A program made the translations under genes and the position numbers. Under the pieces are notes generated by a model, which searched no databases, was not told the origin of the DNA, and was given only the letters and a program-made list of their open reading frames with translations. Source: Paraspadella gotoi (lineage: Eukaryota > Animalia > Chaetognatha). Taken from it: DNA of 64,000 bases. The stretch covers positions 16,769,777-16,833,776 of the forward strand of contig CM119263.1 of the NCBI GenBank assembly GCA_051294375.1. The letters are read 5' to 3'. This document shows, piece by piece, positions 12,226 to 29,817 of this stretch (positions within the stretch are counted from its first letter, which is position 1; the number at the start of each line of letters is the position of its first letter).

Positions 12226-15200
12226 ATGACGCGCGTCTTCGTCGTTATGGTCGCCGTCGTCGTCGTCATCATCATGACCCTGGTCTCTGTCGGTGAGGAT
12301 TCCCTTAAAAAAAAATTTTAAAAAAATAACAAATACTCTATTTTCGTTATGCTATGTGTTTGTTTTCTGTTTTATACATGACCACTCAAAGGAGTTGAAA
12401 TAAAACAAAAACAATTTATAAAACATAAAATTTAAAAAAAGGGAAAAAAGTGGGCAACGAAAAATACAAAGTCGAAACGAAAATGTACTCTAAATGATTA
12501 CCATCGACCCATGTACGCAGAACAAACTCGTAGAAGTCGAAAGTTCAATTCCTCTTTCACGATCCATAAAGTTTCGGGTTCGCGTCCGAGGCATCCGAGC
12601 AGTTATGAGATTACGCGCGCCCACTTCTCCCAGGGTCACATGGTGTGTGCCCAGAGACACCGGCTCCCAAAGGATCATCAACCTTTGCAAAAACTAAAAA
12701 CAACTAACCAACCGGACAAAACAAACCGATCCTTCGCAGGGATAATCCAAACCTTTTCAACTAAAACAACAACAACGACAAAACAAACCGTCCCGCAGGG
12801 ATATCACCTTTTAAAACTAAAAACAACAACAACGACAACAAAACCGGATGCCCGACAGATAATCAACTTTTTTCACTTAAAACAACAACAACAAACGGCA
12901 GTATCATCACTAAACCCAGCAGTCCGGCGCGACTATCACCTTTTTCAACTAATAACACAACAACGGAAAGGCTAAAACCGTCTCCGCGGATATCAACCTT
13001 TTCATATAAAACAACACCAACGACAACAAACCGTCCCGCCGGTATATCAACCTTTTCAAACTAAAACCACAACCCAATCAACCAAAACGCGAAGCAGATG
13101 TTATTCGTTACGGGGTGGGACGTCCGACGGTAGAAGGGAAGAAATCTTGAAAATGGATGGGACACAATTCCGCCATCGCGCAAACCCGTTGACCCTCGAG
13201 TTGTTTCTCTTTCCTTCAAAAACTGTATCACCGCCGCAGGTTTCGACGCCGGTGCGATCGACGCAGTGGATTGGTTCAAAACTCGCTGTTTTCACAGTCG
13301 CCAAAGGTTCAACCAATGAGCGTCTAGGACAATATAAACCACAGGGCCTAACCACAGCCCGTTTTACTAGCTTTCGCTTGTCTTTCGCTTTGCGTCTTTC
13401 TTACTTTCATCATTCTGACGCCTTAATGTCATCGTTTTAAACGCGATTATCATCGCTTTCGAGGTTGTTGTCGCGCTTCTGCACCTGCAGTCGCGACCAT
13501 TCAACGTTATCTTTGATGAGATTTTTCTATCTTATATTTCCTATACATACAAACGAGGATGAATTATATGTACTTGACGAAATTTTTAGATAATTTAAGA
13601 ATTTTTAGGTTTAGTAATGTCGTTCAGCCCCGCCTATAAGCAATGACTCTTTCAGTTGTGTCCCGGTGGCTCATTGAGTAAAGCCCATCAACTAGGTACA
13701 AGTTTCAATCCCAACCCGGTACCTACCCTGCGGGAAGAGGGAGGACGGCCGTAAACCGCCTTGGAAGATGTAAAACCCCCAAACTTGGTTCCAAGGCAAG
13801 GCACCCGTTCCATGGCTGCTGAGGGTGCATAGAAGATGCCGATAGTAGTATTCAGCCCTCTTAACGCCATATCTACTCGTATATCTTATTCTCATAAATA
13901 ATTTTTACTAACCCATTCATCACCAAACCTCTCCCCACTAAGCTCGTCTTAGTGAGAAAACCGAGGCGCTCCAGTTTTGCTTATTCACTCACCCGACTAA
14001 ACGCAGCTTCATAGGGAACAAAAGATTCTTTCGCTTGGCGACTTTCTCGATTGTCTGCTGCGAGGATAATTTAAAAGCCGATGAGCTGAAGCGAGGGCTC
14101 GATAGAAATACGATGAAGACGACGACAGTGACGACTACTTTAACTTGATTGACGATGGAAGCCATCACAATGACGACGAATAGACAAGGACGACGAAAAA
14201 TGATGGAGAAACAGCAACACTGAGTCAGCCACGCCAACTTACAGTAATTTCTGTATTTGTTTAGAAAGATTATTCAAATTTAAATAAAAAATCACCCTTA
14301 CCCGACCCTTACGCCGCCCAGATTTGGTGGCGCAAACCCGCCTCTCTACCGCCTTCTCCCTCCACGTCAACTCCCAACGTCGCGCCAACATGAGGATCGC
14401 TTCCCTAGTCCTCAGACAAAAGACGCTCAACTTCTCTTGCCCCAACGGATTCCTCATGAAGCCAATTTTGGGGAAGTGTTACTTTTTCAGCCTCGATTTC
14501 AAGTCTTGGGATCAGGCCTTGGCCCACTGCCGCCTGTTGAAGGCAAGACTCGCCAGGCCGGCGAACAGGTGACTCGGTTGTCAGGGTGGTCCCTTCCTTA
14601 TTCTTGTTCATCAATTTATGTTTGTGGATCGTTTTAATTCATTTCATTTATATTTAATTCTCATTTAATTCTCATTTCATTTCATTCTTGTCGCAGTTCA
14701 GATTATGTCTCATATCTTATGCTTCGGTTTTCTTACAATTTTGTTACATTTTTATTAAATGTTTATTAATTATTTAGTTTTCTAAATGTAGTATTGTAGA
14801 TATATTAATAGATTTATTTGTTAACTAGGTGGTGAATTTCAATGATTGGTAATTCGTCGGGTGGAAGGTTCAATAATTAATTTCATTCTTCCGTTAGTAA
14901 ATTCATTCATTCAAGAGTTCGTTCATTCATTTCATTCCTTCATTTTCCAGAGAAGAGGATGATTTCCTTCACTCGGAAATCGTTCGCCTGACCTACATTC
15001 AGATCGACTGGTGGTTGGGAGGAAAATGCGTGGAGGAAAACAACTCGTGCGTCAACTCGAAGCTTTGGAAGTGGATCGACGATGAAAAGGTGAGAGGGTG
15101 AGGCTTCGTCGTCGTCGTCGTCGTCGTCGTCGTTTTTTGTTGACAGATCCGTCTCTCCCGTACAGTCGAGTATCAAATCGAAAGGTCGACGAAGTTCGTC

Positions 15201-17947
15201 GTCGTTTTCGTCGTCGTCGTCGTCGTCGTCGTCATCTCTTGTTGACTGATGATGATGATCTTTGATAACGTCGTCATCAAAACATCATCACTTATGCAGC
15301 TGGAGAAGTCGTGAATCGAAGGTGAAATCGCGGAGCCAAAACGACTCGTCTCCTCTTTTGATGGAGGAGAAAGGAAAGGGAGGAAAAGAGGAAAGGGAGA
15401 AAAGGAAAGAGTCAAACGGAGGAGCTTTTTTTTCTCCCTCATTGGGGTAAGCGGTTCAATCGTCGTTTCGCGAAGAGCCGAACTAGGCTTCGACGCTGAA
15501 ACAAATCCTGCTTTCGTTTTTACTTTACTATCTAGGAAAAAAGTATATAACATAATTCATTTACTAAATAAAAAGGATACAAAACAAGGGTAAAACATTC
15601 TCAATATTTAGTATGCCTTTCTTCGGCTTTGGCTACTGCCTCATTCGTTTGGGCATGCTCACATACAGCAAATTGAGGTATGACAGTGAAATATTTTTCC
15701 ACCTCTTAACGCAGTTTTTTCAGCCCGATGTTGATGTTGCGCGTCTTTCCCTCTTTTCTGAGAGCTATAATAGTACTTTTTTGAGCCAAAAAGAGGTGCA
15801 AGGCCTTAAAAAATAACTAACTCTATTCGAAATAAAACAATAACTAAATACCAAAATGGTGGAAAACTAAATATGATTTTTTTCAACATTTTTCATTTGA
15901 AGTAACAATATTTTTTTGCCTCTAACTTCTAAACGATTTGACCTACATAAAAAAGGAAGGAAGCTACTGAAAGGAAATTTAATGTAGATTTTTGAAAAAT
16001 CAAACAAGTTTTCGAGTAGATATCCTTTATTAAAAATGTCATATACTTTTTTCCTAGATAGTATAAGCAACGAAAATGAAAAAAAAAATAAAATAAGCCA
16101 CATTCGAAGTTAAACATGAAGAAAATTTTGACAAGCCAAGACGCGGCATGTCAGATTCCAAAGCCCTAACCGCTCGATTCCCTTCTACAACAACAATAAA
16201 CAACAACGACAACAGCTCCCTTCGAGGCTGTTTTTTCGCGATTGAACGCGAGCGACCCCGGCGAATGTTTTCCAGAAAGGGAGAAAGTTTGGATCGTTGT
16301 TGACACCTGTTCCCTTCGCCCAAGAGATTCCGTGGCCTGCATCGGATTCGGGTTTCCTTTCTGCATTACTATGAGGCAGCATAAGATTTGAGGTTCTCTT
16401 AAAACGTAGCCGCTTAATGCTGCATCATCGTGGCTAAATAAGAGCTCTGGACGTCAGCTGCTTTAAATTTGGGGGTTCCGTGCCGACGAGAAATTATTAA
16501 AAAAAAGAGTTCGTTCTTGCACGCTGTTAAGATTTATCGTCCCCGTCGCCACGGACTTCTGCCACTCCTCAATACTCGCAACCGAAAAATAAATTAGGGG
16601 TAGAGAGACTCATCGGCGACGTAAATGATGCCGCGTCGGTGGTAATGGCGCGTTAGATTCGACCTGTACCTAGTACCCGCGGTCGATGTTGCAATCGTCG
16701 TCGTTGTTGTTGTTGTCTCGCCTACTTTCGGACCGGGAGATACTCGCGCGGCAAGTAGCGACTCCTCCACGCCTTTTCTATCCACGGAGAAGAAGAGAGA
16801 AAAACCTTTCTTTTTCCTCCACTTGGAAAAAAGAGAAGTCATTCGCTGCTCTTAAATCTTCTCTCTCCTTTTTTTCCCCCCTTTTTCAATCTTTTCGCGG
16901 TGAAAACGAAGAAGAAACGAAAAAAAGGAAAGAATTTTGTTTTGGTTTTTTCATCAGAAAGGAGAGAAACGTTACTCGAATTTCGTGTTTGAAAAAAAGT
17001 TGTCAAGTCTCTTAAATCCTTTCACTCTCTTCAGATACGGGAGAATAATTCGTTTTGAATATTTGACAGAAAAATAAGGCACAATTTTACGTTTTGGCAC
17101 TTTTCCTTTTTTTTCAACCGTGTTTCTTTTTTGATTTCCATGTTTATTCTCCTTCATTGTTCCGTCCGAATTTCTTTTAAAATTTAAAAAGGTAGTTTAC
17201 GTATATTTTAAAAATTTCCTCCTCGCTGCCATCTTTTTTTTTATATTCAGATCACCATTTTTTTAATCATTATCTGTTATTCCTTCTCTGTTTTCATAAT
17301 TCTCTTCCACGTCAAATCCTTTGCAAGAGTAGAGGCCGCCTCTCTCCCCAAAATGAATGTTGGGAGGAACAACCGTGCTTCCCGGGAGAAAAGTCACTTG
17401 CCCCCCAGCGCCTGAGCGCCCCCCTTCTTTTCGCTTCGAGTTCGTATTCCGCAGCTGACGACAGCTCGCATTCCGCAGTCGTAAGGCCGTAATTGCCGTC
17501 CCGCATTCCGCAGCCCGTCGCAGCAGCACCCCCACCGCAGCCCGCTGCGACGCCATTGGGAATCACTCCCTTTTTTAGTGGTGCAATATGCATTTTCCGC
17601 ATCTCTCTCATTTCTCAGTCTTCGCGCAGTCCGGGCACCAGCCGCACCACGGACGAAAATCTCGTACGCCACATGAACAAAAATTCCCTTCTCAACGAGT
17701 TGGAGGGAAAAAAATTGGTTTCTCTCCTTTCTGGTCTGGTCTCCTTTTTTTTCTCCGCTCTTCCTTTTTTTTAAAAAGGAGGAACCTTTCCTTTCTTTCT
17801 CAAAACGAAAAGGAAAAGCAGAGAGTCACGCAAAGAGGAAGGCGTGCCTTTAACTTCATTTTCACTCGTCTTCCATCTCTCCCGTTTTTATGGCAAAAAA
17901 ATTCGGTTCTCTACTCACCCAATTTCTTCTCTCTCATTCTCTCTCTC

Positions 17948-17992
<45 letters not shown>

Positions 17993-18401
17993 CCTCGTCT
18001 CTCTCTTCAACCTATTACCTACTTCCCCACCTTCCTTACTTTCTTTTCCCTCGACGCTGCCACTCGGATGGAACGGTGCTGACAATTTCCGACTTCGATC
18101 TCCACGGGACGGAACCTGTCGGAATAAATTTCGTTCGTACATAAACGATGAATAATTCAATCAACCTGAAATTTATTTTTTCATCAATTCCTCCTTTTCC
18201 AATCCCCCCCCTCCCTTTTCCGGCCCCGCTCCTCCCCCGACATATTTCCCTCAGGGATCGAACATGACGTTCTCTAACTGGAAACCCGACGAACCCAGGA
18301 AGAACGGATATTGTTTGGAGCTGAGTTACCCCAAGTGGAAGACGGAGCCTTGTTTCAGCAAAGCGGCTTTCGTCTGCGAGACGACGATAAAACCAAATTG
18401 A
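12226..18401 (+). CDS. Secreted single-domain C-type lectin; exons 12226-12292, 14322-14568, 14951-15089, 18255-18401
   Basis: GT-AG introns with consistent phases (1,2,0). Signal peptide MTRVFVVMVAVVVVIIMTLVSV. CTLD motifs CPNGF..GKCYFFS..SWDQALAHC, WWLGG, WKWID, FSNWKPDEP..YCLEL..WKTEPC...FVCE. Confidence 0.88.
12655..13085. repeat. Degenerate ~55-65 bp minisatellite (~7 units) in lectin intron 1
   Basis: Recurring atcaaccttttcaactaaaacaacaacaacgacaaaacaaaccgtcccgcaggg-like unit with many indels. Confidence 0.8.
13655..13870 (+). mobile_element. Putative tRNA-derived SINE
   Basis: GC-richer island with A-box-like GTGGCTCATTG and B-box-like GTTTCAATCCC, followed by hairpins (CCTTGGAA...TTCCAAGG; GAGGG...CCCTC). 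Single copy in window. Confidence 0.4.
15530..15870 (+). repeat. Dispersed ~340-bp repeat (inverted copies at ~47165-47540 and its duplicate ~55975-56350)
   Basis: Shared text such as ctactgcctcattcgtttgggcatgctc and gtctttccctcttttctgagagcta, found reverse-complemented in the OSBP intron. Confidence 0.75.
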
Positions 18402-18507
18402 ATTTTTTTCCCGTTTTGCTTTTTTCTTTTCACGGAGTCTTGTCTTTTTTTGCTTTATTTTTTCTTTCCCTGTTTTTTTTCTCTCTCCTTATTCGCTGCT
18501 TGAGTAT

Positions 18508-19179
18508 TTTTTTTTAGTCGGATCTGCTTATCAGCAGATTCCGACTCTATAATCCACTTTGTCGGTCCGTCGTTCCCCCACTAAATCTTATCGGGCACTC
18601 ACTTAAATCATGTCAGAATATCAAATAATGATAAATTGTTTAAAAAAAAGGTGTCTGTCTGTCTGTCTGTCTGAAGGTCTGTCCTACCTTTTCATTATAC
18701 TCCAATTACTCGTGCTTGGCTGGATGGATTGGAATAAAATTTAGTGTGGATATAAAGTTTTGNNNNNNNNNNACCAAATTGAATTTTTCCCCCTTTTGCT
18801 TTTTTTTCTCAGAGTCTTGTCTTTTTTTTGCTTTATTTTTTCTTTCCCTGTTTTTTTCTCTCTCTTTATTCCCTGCTTGAGTATTTTTTTTTTTAGTCGG
18901 ATCTGCTTACCAGCATATTCCGACTCTATAATCCACTTTGTCGGTCCGTCGGTCCCCCCCTAAATCTTATCGGGCACTCACTTAAATCATGTCTGAACAT
19001 CAAATAATGATAAATTGTGCGAAAAAAAATGTCTGTCTGTCTGTCTGTCTGAAGGTCCGACCCACCTTTTCATTATACTCCAATTACTTGTGCTTGGATG
19101 GATGGATTAGAATGAAATTTAGTTTGGATATAAAGCTTCGATGGAATCGTGAGAGTGGAAATGAGTTTAAATGAAAAAA
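18508..19179 (+). mobile_element. HINE/Helentron-like repeat, present twice around a 10-N gap; related inverted copies at ~35230-35690, ~33560-33700, ~57685-57735
   Basis: ttttagtcggatctgct..agcagattccgactctataa palindrome, gtcggtccgtc, (GTCT)n tract, and ggatggattggaataaaatttagtgtg motif. 18390-18762 is near-duplicated at 18773-19140. Confidence 0.6.
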
Positions 19180-22145
19180 NNNNNNNNNNNNNNNNNNNNN
19201 NNNNNNNNNNNNNNNNNNNNNNNNNNNNNNNNNNNNNNNNNNNNNNNNNNNNNNNNNNNNNNNNNNNNNNNNNNNNNNNNNNNNNNNNNNNNNAATTATT
19301 ATATTGATTGACTGTGTGATTTATCATCGGAGTAGCTTATTTCCGCTTAATTATCGTAGACAGGTCCGACATTGTTAGCTCAAACTGTTTTTTTTTCTGC
19401 CAGCCATTGTTTATCACCTTCGTCGGCGACCTCCTCATCAATCTTACCGTTAACCTTATTTCAGTTTACGTTATTGTTCTGTTGCTTATCACTTTTTACT
19501 TATCGATGTCGCTCTTAACGTTTTGAATTTGTATATATTATATAATTACCAACAATCATGTTTTCAATACTTTTTTAGTTTTTGAAGAACATTGACGCAA
19601 CGTCCTTATAAGAGATTTCGGTGTATTAAAAAATCTGTTTCGTTTTACCTCATTAATAAAACGTATTGTTAATTTTATTTTACTCTTAAATTATATTACC
19701 CTTCTAGTATTATTGTACAAAAGAAAAACGAGCCAACGCTCGCAGAGGCTAACGCGAAATCCCAAAATATCGAGGGCAATAAAAAGAAGAGTCAAAAGGA
19801 ATAAATGAAGGAAGAGGAGGCTGAAGAGTTGGACGCAAGGACGAAAGGAAAGACTAAAGAAAAAAAAGGAAAGAAGAAAGTTAGGGAAAAAGTAAGGAAA
19901 AAAAAGAAAAGGGGAAGGAAAAAATTAAGCATAAAAGAAAAGGTAGAAATGAATGAAGGAAAAGCAGGGATGGAGATGAAAGGAAGAAGGAAGGAAGGAA
20001 GAAGAAAGGAAAGGAAGGAAGGAAGGAAGGAAGGAAGGAAGAAGGAAGAAGGAAGGAAGGAAGGAAGGAAGAAGGAAGGAAACAGAATCTGCAGGCAAAA
20101 TAGAAGGATGGAAGAAAGGTTAAGAAGAAGCAAGGAAAGGAAAGAAAAGAGAGTAGAGTCGAAAGGCGGATGAAAAGGAGGAAGGAAGAAAGAATAGACG
20201 GAAGACGTTAAACCGGAATTGGAAGTCGACGTCGAGACGGACTCGTCCTCGTTCGAGACAAAGAGAGTCCCGCGTCAAAAATAGTCCGAATCGCGCGTGA
20301 AATATGGCGCCGACGGGGAATCTAGACGTCAAGAAAGCGTCATTTCCGACGGGGGAAAATTTTTCTATAGCTCAATCCGATTCTGGCGTCAAAAGTAAGA
20401 CTGTTTTTCAGATCGCGATTCGCGTTTCGAATTCCGAGGCAAAACGACCGCAGATAGTCGTATTAAAGTCTAGAAAGTGTTATTTTATGTATATTACAGT
20501 CACTATTTAAATTTCAGAAAATTTAAGCCATATTTTTAAGTTTGGTAATTAACATGTTATTCTATAAGTAAAAAAAAGGCTGCTTTATGTGCAAGGCAGA
20601 AGTTTTTGTCAGTAAAATGAGACAATTTTTAAAAAGTCCCAGTGGCCATTATCGTTTTTCTTTTTTTTTTTATTTTCCTTTTTTGGTCAATAGGATTTTG
20701 AGCTCCACCCATCAAGAAAGTGAACGTGGTCGACGGTCGCCTCTTTCTACAACGATCTTTAAAAAACAATAATAACAAGCATCAATCACATTAGTATGTT
20801 CTCTGTCGCTTCTTTTCTTTCGGCAAACCAGTTCTCTCATCTATCCTTCCTCCTTTTCGGTCTTCCCCTTTTAACTGTTTCGCTATTATTTTTCCTTTGC
20901 TTTTCTTATTTTTTCCTCTGTTCTTTCTTTCCTTAGTTTTTCCTTTTCCCAATTATTACTTTCTCTCCTTCCCTTCTTTTCATAGTCTTAGTGAAAACAC
21001 GTCCAGCCTCACATAAGACGCCGCTGACAACCCGCTCCTCTTCTTCCTCCTCGTTTCATCCTCCTCCTCCTTCTCCACCTCCTCATCTTCCTCTTCCTAC
21101 TCTTTGGTTTCCCGGACGATTCGTTCCTTCTTCCCTCTCCTTTTTTCCTCCATGTATATTCCGTCTTTCTCCTAGATTTTATTCTCTCTTTTAAAAGTCA
21201 ACTATTTTTAGCTACACAAGTCTTTACTCTTAACTTCGATATGTACTTTATTTCATGAATCTTCATTATCGTCCCTAATCTCCTTTCTTTCCTTTTTTTT
21301 TCTCCCCACGTCGTCGTTAACCTCTTTATTTCCTCCCTTCGGTCTCTCCTCGTTTCTTCTTCCTCCTTCTCTCTTTCCTTCTTTGCGTTACTTTCGACCC
21401 GGGCTCTCACTTCCCTCTCGTCCTCATCCTCCCGCTCTTCCTCTTCCTCCTCATTTTCTTCCTTCTTTCTTCACATTCTTTCACCGCCTTCACCAAACGC
21501 GATTTTCTTGAAAGAAAATAAAATAAAAAAGAAAACACGAAACTTGGCCTGTTCACACTTCGACGATCAAGAAAACAAGACATAACAAACGCTTTGAAAT
21601 TAAACTGAAATTCACGGAATGAAAAAAAGTTATTGTATCGAAAAATATGCTTTCAATTTAATTATTCGGGAAGTAAGGATCGCTTTTTAATGCTTCCAAA
21701 GAACAGTTAATTAATTAATTTAAAAGATCGTTCACGTTTTCGTGATTTCTAACGGTGAGCCGCCTAAAACACTTCATAATATAATGCATTTTAAAGCGAA
21801 CTGCAAACTTTGTTTAGAGTCTTGTACTAGATATTAATAAAGTTATTATTCTGTTAACGATATTAAAAAATAATATTACTGACGGGCAAGTTCATAATTT
21901 TTTACCTCCCGCCATCTTCCGCTTAAAAAATAAGAGAACATCGACTCGTTTTTCCTCCGTCAACCAAGAAAGCTTCCACGACTCTCGAGCTTCGTCTATT
22001 TTTAACTTGGTTCAATTGGGCCATTTTTAGCTTCCTTGTTTAGTCAAACGTCAAACCTTTTCTTAAGCTAATCTCTTTTTTCACTCTCACTATATATCTT
22101 CCTCTCTCCCTTTCTCTCTCTCTCTTCTCTCTCTTCTCTCTCTCA

Positions 22146-22207
<62 letters not shown>

Positions 22208-24151
22208 CACCCGCAACCACACTCGCAACAATCCTCACGACATTCGTCACAATCCTCACGACATTCCATCGATTCTGCCGATGAATCCAGAGCAAATTTC
22301 CAATAAATCAATTTTAATTACTATCTACGCAAATTTGCATCAGCACCAGGAGAGCGATTGTCAATGAGCGACCGAACCGATTGGACGTCCGCGCAGACGC
22401 CTGCAATTAATCATCGGTTTTTTTTTTTTAAAGACTCGGCTAACGCGCGGCAGGAGATCATTCACACTCTTGGCAGCGTAGCCGGTAGGCTCACTCGTTC
22501 CTGCGATTGTGAAAACCGCTATCATTACGCTTCTCTCTATCGTGTTTCGGAAATGATATGATATTGATATCAAAGCGGTCAATTGTCTCAGCTTTCCTAA
22601 TAACCGAAAGGTTTAAGTCTGAATTTCTTCATAATTTTTGTTTTTAAACGAGTTTATTATAAATCAATTTACCGGTTAAATGATATTTATTAAATTTGGG
22701 CTGCGTAGAAATATTTCGTCGGTTAATCTATCGGTCGGTTACTTTATCCATCTCTCCCTAACATGGAGAGCAAAAGGCAATAAACGTTATTATTTTAAAA
22801 TCGCTCCTGGCGTCGTAACTCGATGTAGGCATCGCATATATTGCCTTGGCGTCACATACTAGAAAACAAAGCAATCCAACGTTGGCAGCGATAAACGAGA
22901 AGAAAAGATAGAAAGATAGAAAGATACCATTTCTTATCACACGCCCACACCTGTTTTACCTTGTTCGTTGCCTCGGGGTGACAATGACGAATGAAAATTA
23001 TCCTTATAGTGAAATAAAGCTCACCGGTTAGTTATCATTAAATTGCTCTTAGATTTCGCTGTCATGAGAAATGCATGACCATGATCCTGTTTTTACTTGT
23101 TTCGAGTGATTTTTATAATTCTAAAAAATTTCATAAAACAAATTTGAAATTTAAATATTAATTGGGATTGTAGTTGTAGGTGATGTTTTTTGAAAACACG
23201 GTTAGGGTGCATCGAGGATATAGTTTTTTTATGCTTTTTTAATTTTTGGATGTAAAAAATATTTAAAAATACAGCACTCCCAAAAACATTACTACTTATA
23301 ATAGTCATTTGACCTCATCGCTTTACAAAAGTAAGTACTACTTAAGAATAAATAATTAGTGAACCGAACCAAAATTGTTTCTAGCAAGAGCCACGTCAAA
23401 AATGGGAGAAACTGGGCGTGATTTTGATCGGGCTCAATTTGGTCATTGATGAACTTGCATTGGGCCGAGATTAAGAATGAAAAACTTCTGAGTCAGTGCT
23501 GCGTGAGAAAGGGCAGGATCAAGCGTTAATAGCCTTGGGTCAGATGAAAATCTCGAACCTCCCTGGACCCTGGGTCCACGGCACAAAAACAGCGTTACCT
23601 TAAAAAAAAAAATAAAAAATAACAAAAAGGATAATTTCTTGAAGAAAACATTTTAAAAGTTGTTAGAAACCCCTAATAAACTTTCAAAAATACTCGTCAC
23701 ATTCTTTTTTTAATTTTCTTTTTTTCAGTTTCCACCGATTAAGTCTCTGCGACACAAATTTCCATCCTCTCTCTCTTCTCCTCTCCCCTTCTCCTTCTCC
23801 CCTCTTGCTCGTCTCTCTTTCTCGCTTTCTTCTTTAGATTCATCCAACGTTTCTTTTTTTTTTTAACGCCTCCTCTTCGTCATCTTCCGTCTTTCCTCTC
23901 GGCCTCTCGACGATTTGGCAAAATATAAAGAAAACAAAAACAAGGAAAAACAAAACAAAACTTGAACCCCAAAAAAACTTGGGACGAAGTCGACGACAAA
24001 AGAAGAAAAAAAGTTAAAAGAAGCAGAAAAAAGCAGAAAGGGGAAAATGTGAAACGGAAAATGCTCGGCGTAGACGAACGGACATTTCACACGATTTCTT
24101 CACCAAGACTCTTTTCACGGAAAGATCTTTGTCGAATTCTGTAGGGGAACA

Positions 24152-27130
<2,979 letters not shown>

Positions 27131-29817
27131 ATCGAGCTTTAGTAGAAAAGTAAAGATTATGTTGGTGTTTTCTTTCTACGGTTTGCCATAAGGTATCTTT
27201 TTGTTTTATTAATTTACTTTTCATTTTTGTTTAACCTTAATTTTTGCACTACGTTACACTGCGAGGAACAAGCTCAACGGGAACGACGACAACGATGACG
27301 ACGACTACGGCGAAGACATTGATGACGACTATAACGAAATTTTTCCTTTAATGTGTTATGATTAAAAAAAACAACCACTAAGAAATTAAAATTTTAATTT
27401 GTTTAGCAAGTTAATTATCATTCATTTGAAATTTTGTTAAAAAGCTGCGACAGATTAAAACAGACGATGCTATTTATAAAAGTTTCTAGAGATGATTTCC
27501 TTTGTTATAAAGTTTTTTTGAAGTTACTTGCAGAAACCAACTCCAAAACATTTTGCTTCTTTCATTTTTTATTCAATAGCATTTAAAATCAGTTAATTTA
27601 AATTTATTTTCATATTTATTTGGCAATTGAAATTTAAAAACTTGAGCTGTGGGTTTATCACGTCCTTCAGATTTTGTCTAGTACGATATAAAAAAAATGT
27701 TCTAGAATATTCGTATACTTCTATAAAATCAATATTTTCCCGTTTAAAAAATGTAAAAAAAAAATTTAAAGTTGAATGTACGTTAATAAAAGAAACTTTT
27801 TACATATACATGATCACTAAATCTAAAAGTGACTCTTAAAGCGTGAAATCCAAGAAATACAATTATTCACCTCTTTATCAGAATATTAATTGTTTACAAT
27901 TAATACCTGGTAGTGCTCACTGCACAGCAACCATTAGTGAAAACTGATTTACCAAAATTATTCGTCACAGAAAGAATTTTGAACTCTTCAAGTAAAATTC
28001 ACCATCGAGTCATCAAATAGAAACCTTATTGGCAGTATAAAATGGACCGCGTTCGTTATAAGGATGATTGTATTCGCTATGCATAGCGATATGTATAATT
28101 TTTATTCTCTAGATATAATTAGCCTCCTCCTCTTTTGCGATTTGACTTTTAAAAAAGGAAACATTTCATTGTTACTTATTGCAAATGCATATAGCGTAAT
28201 TCATAGGAAGAGAAAAAGACAATACAATTTGCTTTAATTTCAGTGATTTTTTTTTCCTTTGCAATAGTAGGAGGAGGACTTTCTTGGCTGTGAGTCTAAA
28301 AATAAAAAACCAAAACAAAAATCCTCTTTTTGTGTTCAAAATATGTTTATCTACCTTGCAGTGGCATGCGAGTCGTTTTTCTCTCGTAATACACTCACAA
28401 AAATGCTAATCAACTGAGCGTCGTTATTTCCATTATAACGTTACTATTTACCTTACTCCTGTCTCATGTCTTTGTCACATTTTTATTTTTACGATCTCTA
28501 TAGCAGTATTTATTGTGCGATTCGTGTTTATCTCCCAGATGTATCGTTTTTGAAAGAAGAAATGTTGGCATTGATTCAATTTTATTATTCTAATCACTGA
28601 ACGCTCCTTAAATTCATAAGAGAACAATCGAGTTAAGAATACAACTTATGAAAACCGTTTTATTGCACTCATCTACAGGGACTTCAATCTGGAGTGATAC
28701 GAAAAAACTTGTAATATTATCTAAACGAAGAGCAATCAGGTTATAAATTTTTTTTATACTAATAAAAAAATACTTAACTTTTTTTCCCACTAATTCGTAA
28801 TATTCTAGCTAGGATTTGCTATGTTATAAACATTTTCCTCAGAGGGTAAATTTCTGAGGAAGCAGAATTTTTTTTTGGAAAAGTGGATCTTGCTATGAAT
28901 CCCTCAGTTCCCATTAAAACAATTAAATTTTATGCTTCATTTTTTTTATTTATAAGATATTGTAGAATATGTATCATGAACCAGAATTAAAAAAATTATA
29001 ATATGAATAATACTCTGTCTCTTTGAAATATATTAAAAATAAAAATTTCCGCTTGGGGGAATAAATTATGAAAGACGACTTTGTTGATAAATAATAGTTA
29101 ATATAGTAAATAAGTTAGGTTTTGTATGAGAATTTTTTTTATAATAGAAAATCACCAAACTAATTTTTTGTAATTAAGAAATTTGAACATTTTTTAAGTC
29201 AAATAGTTTTCTAACTAATAAATGTTATAAAATTAATATACACGAAAGAATTACGAGTTTAATCAAGTCTTTTCGTATCGGTCCAGATTAAAGTTCCTGT
29301 AATTCATATTTTTCACCTGTTTGTGAAAACTGTTTAAGTAATGTTCTTCATCACTAGTGATACTTATTTACTCCGCCTCTTAGTATTTTTTTTTGTTTTA
29401 CACAAAAATTAGTTTACAACAGAAATAAGAAAGGATACAATGTTAGTAAAAATTCTTTTTCTAAGAGTCATACAAACTTGATGCAGCGGATTAATTGTGC
29501 GAAGCGACACTTGCTTTTGAATTGAGTCCATGCGATCAACAAAATACTCATAAAAAGGTAATGTTAAATTGAGATTAATGCTCATTCTAGAAACGAAAGA
29601 AAGAATAACGTCTTTTGTACTAGATTCGATGTTGTATATATTTGATGTTCGAATATAATTTAATGTTCGCCCTATCTATCCTTTTCTTCACCCATTCAGA
29701 TGAATAAAAAAAAATCATACTTTAATTATTTTCTATGTAGTTCAATAAAATTTCTAAAGAACATGCGCAGAAAATCAATTATTCAAAATGTGTTAGGGTA
29801 AGTAAAATATGAATATA

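Noticed and set aside
12655-13085. Regularly spaced repeats resembling a CRISPR array
   Set aside because: Whole units are homologous (no unique spacers), context is a eukaryotic intron, and there are no cas genes. It is a minisatellite.
18390-19140. Tandem duplicate of the lectin stop region/3' flank
   Set aside because: Copies flank a 10-N gap and consist largely of a repeat element; likely allelic overlap or repeat tandem, not a second gene.
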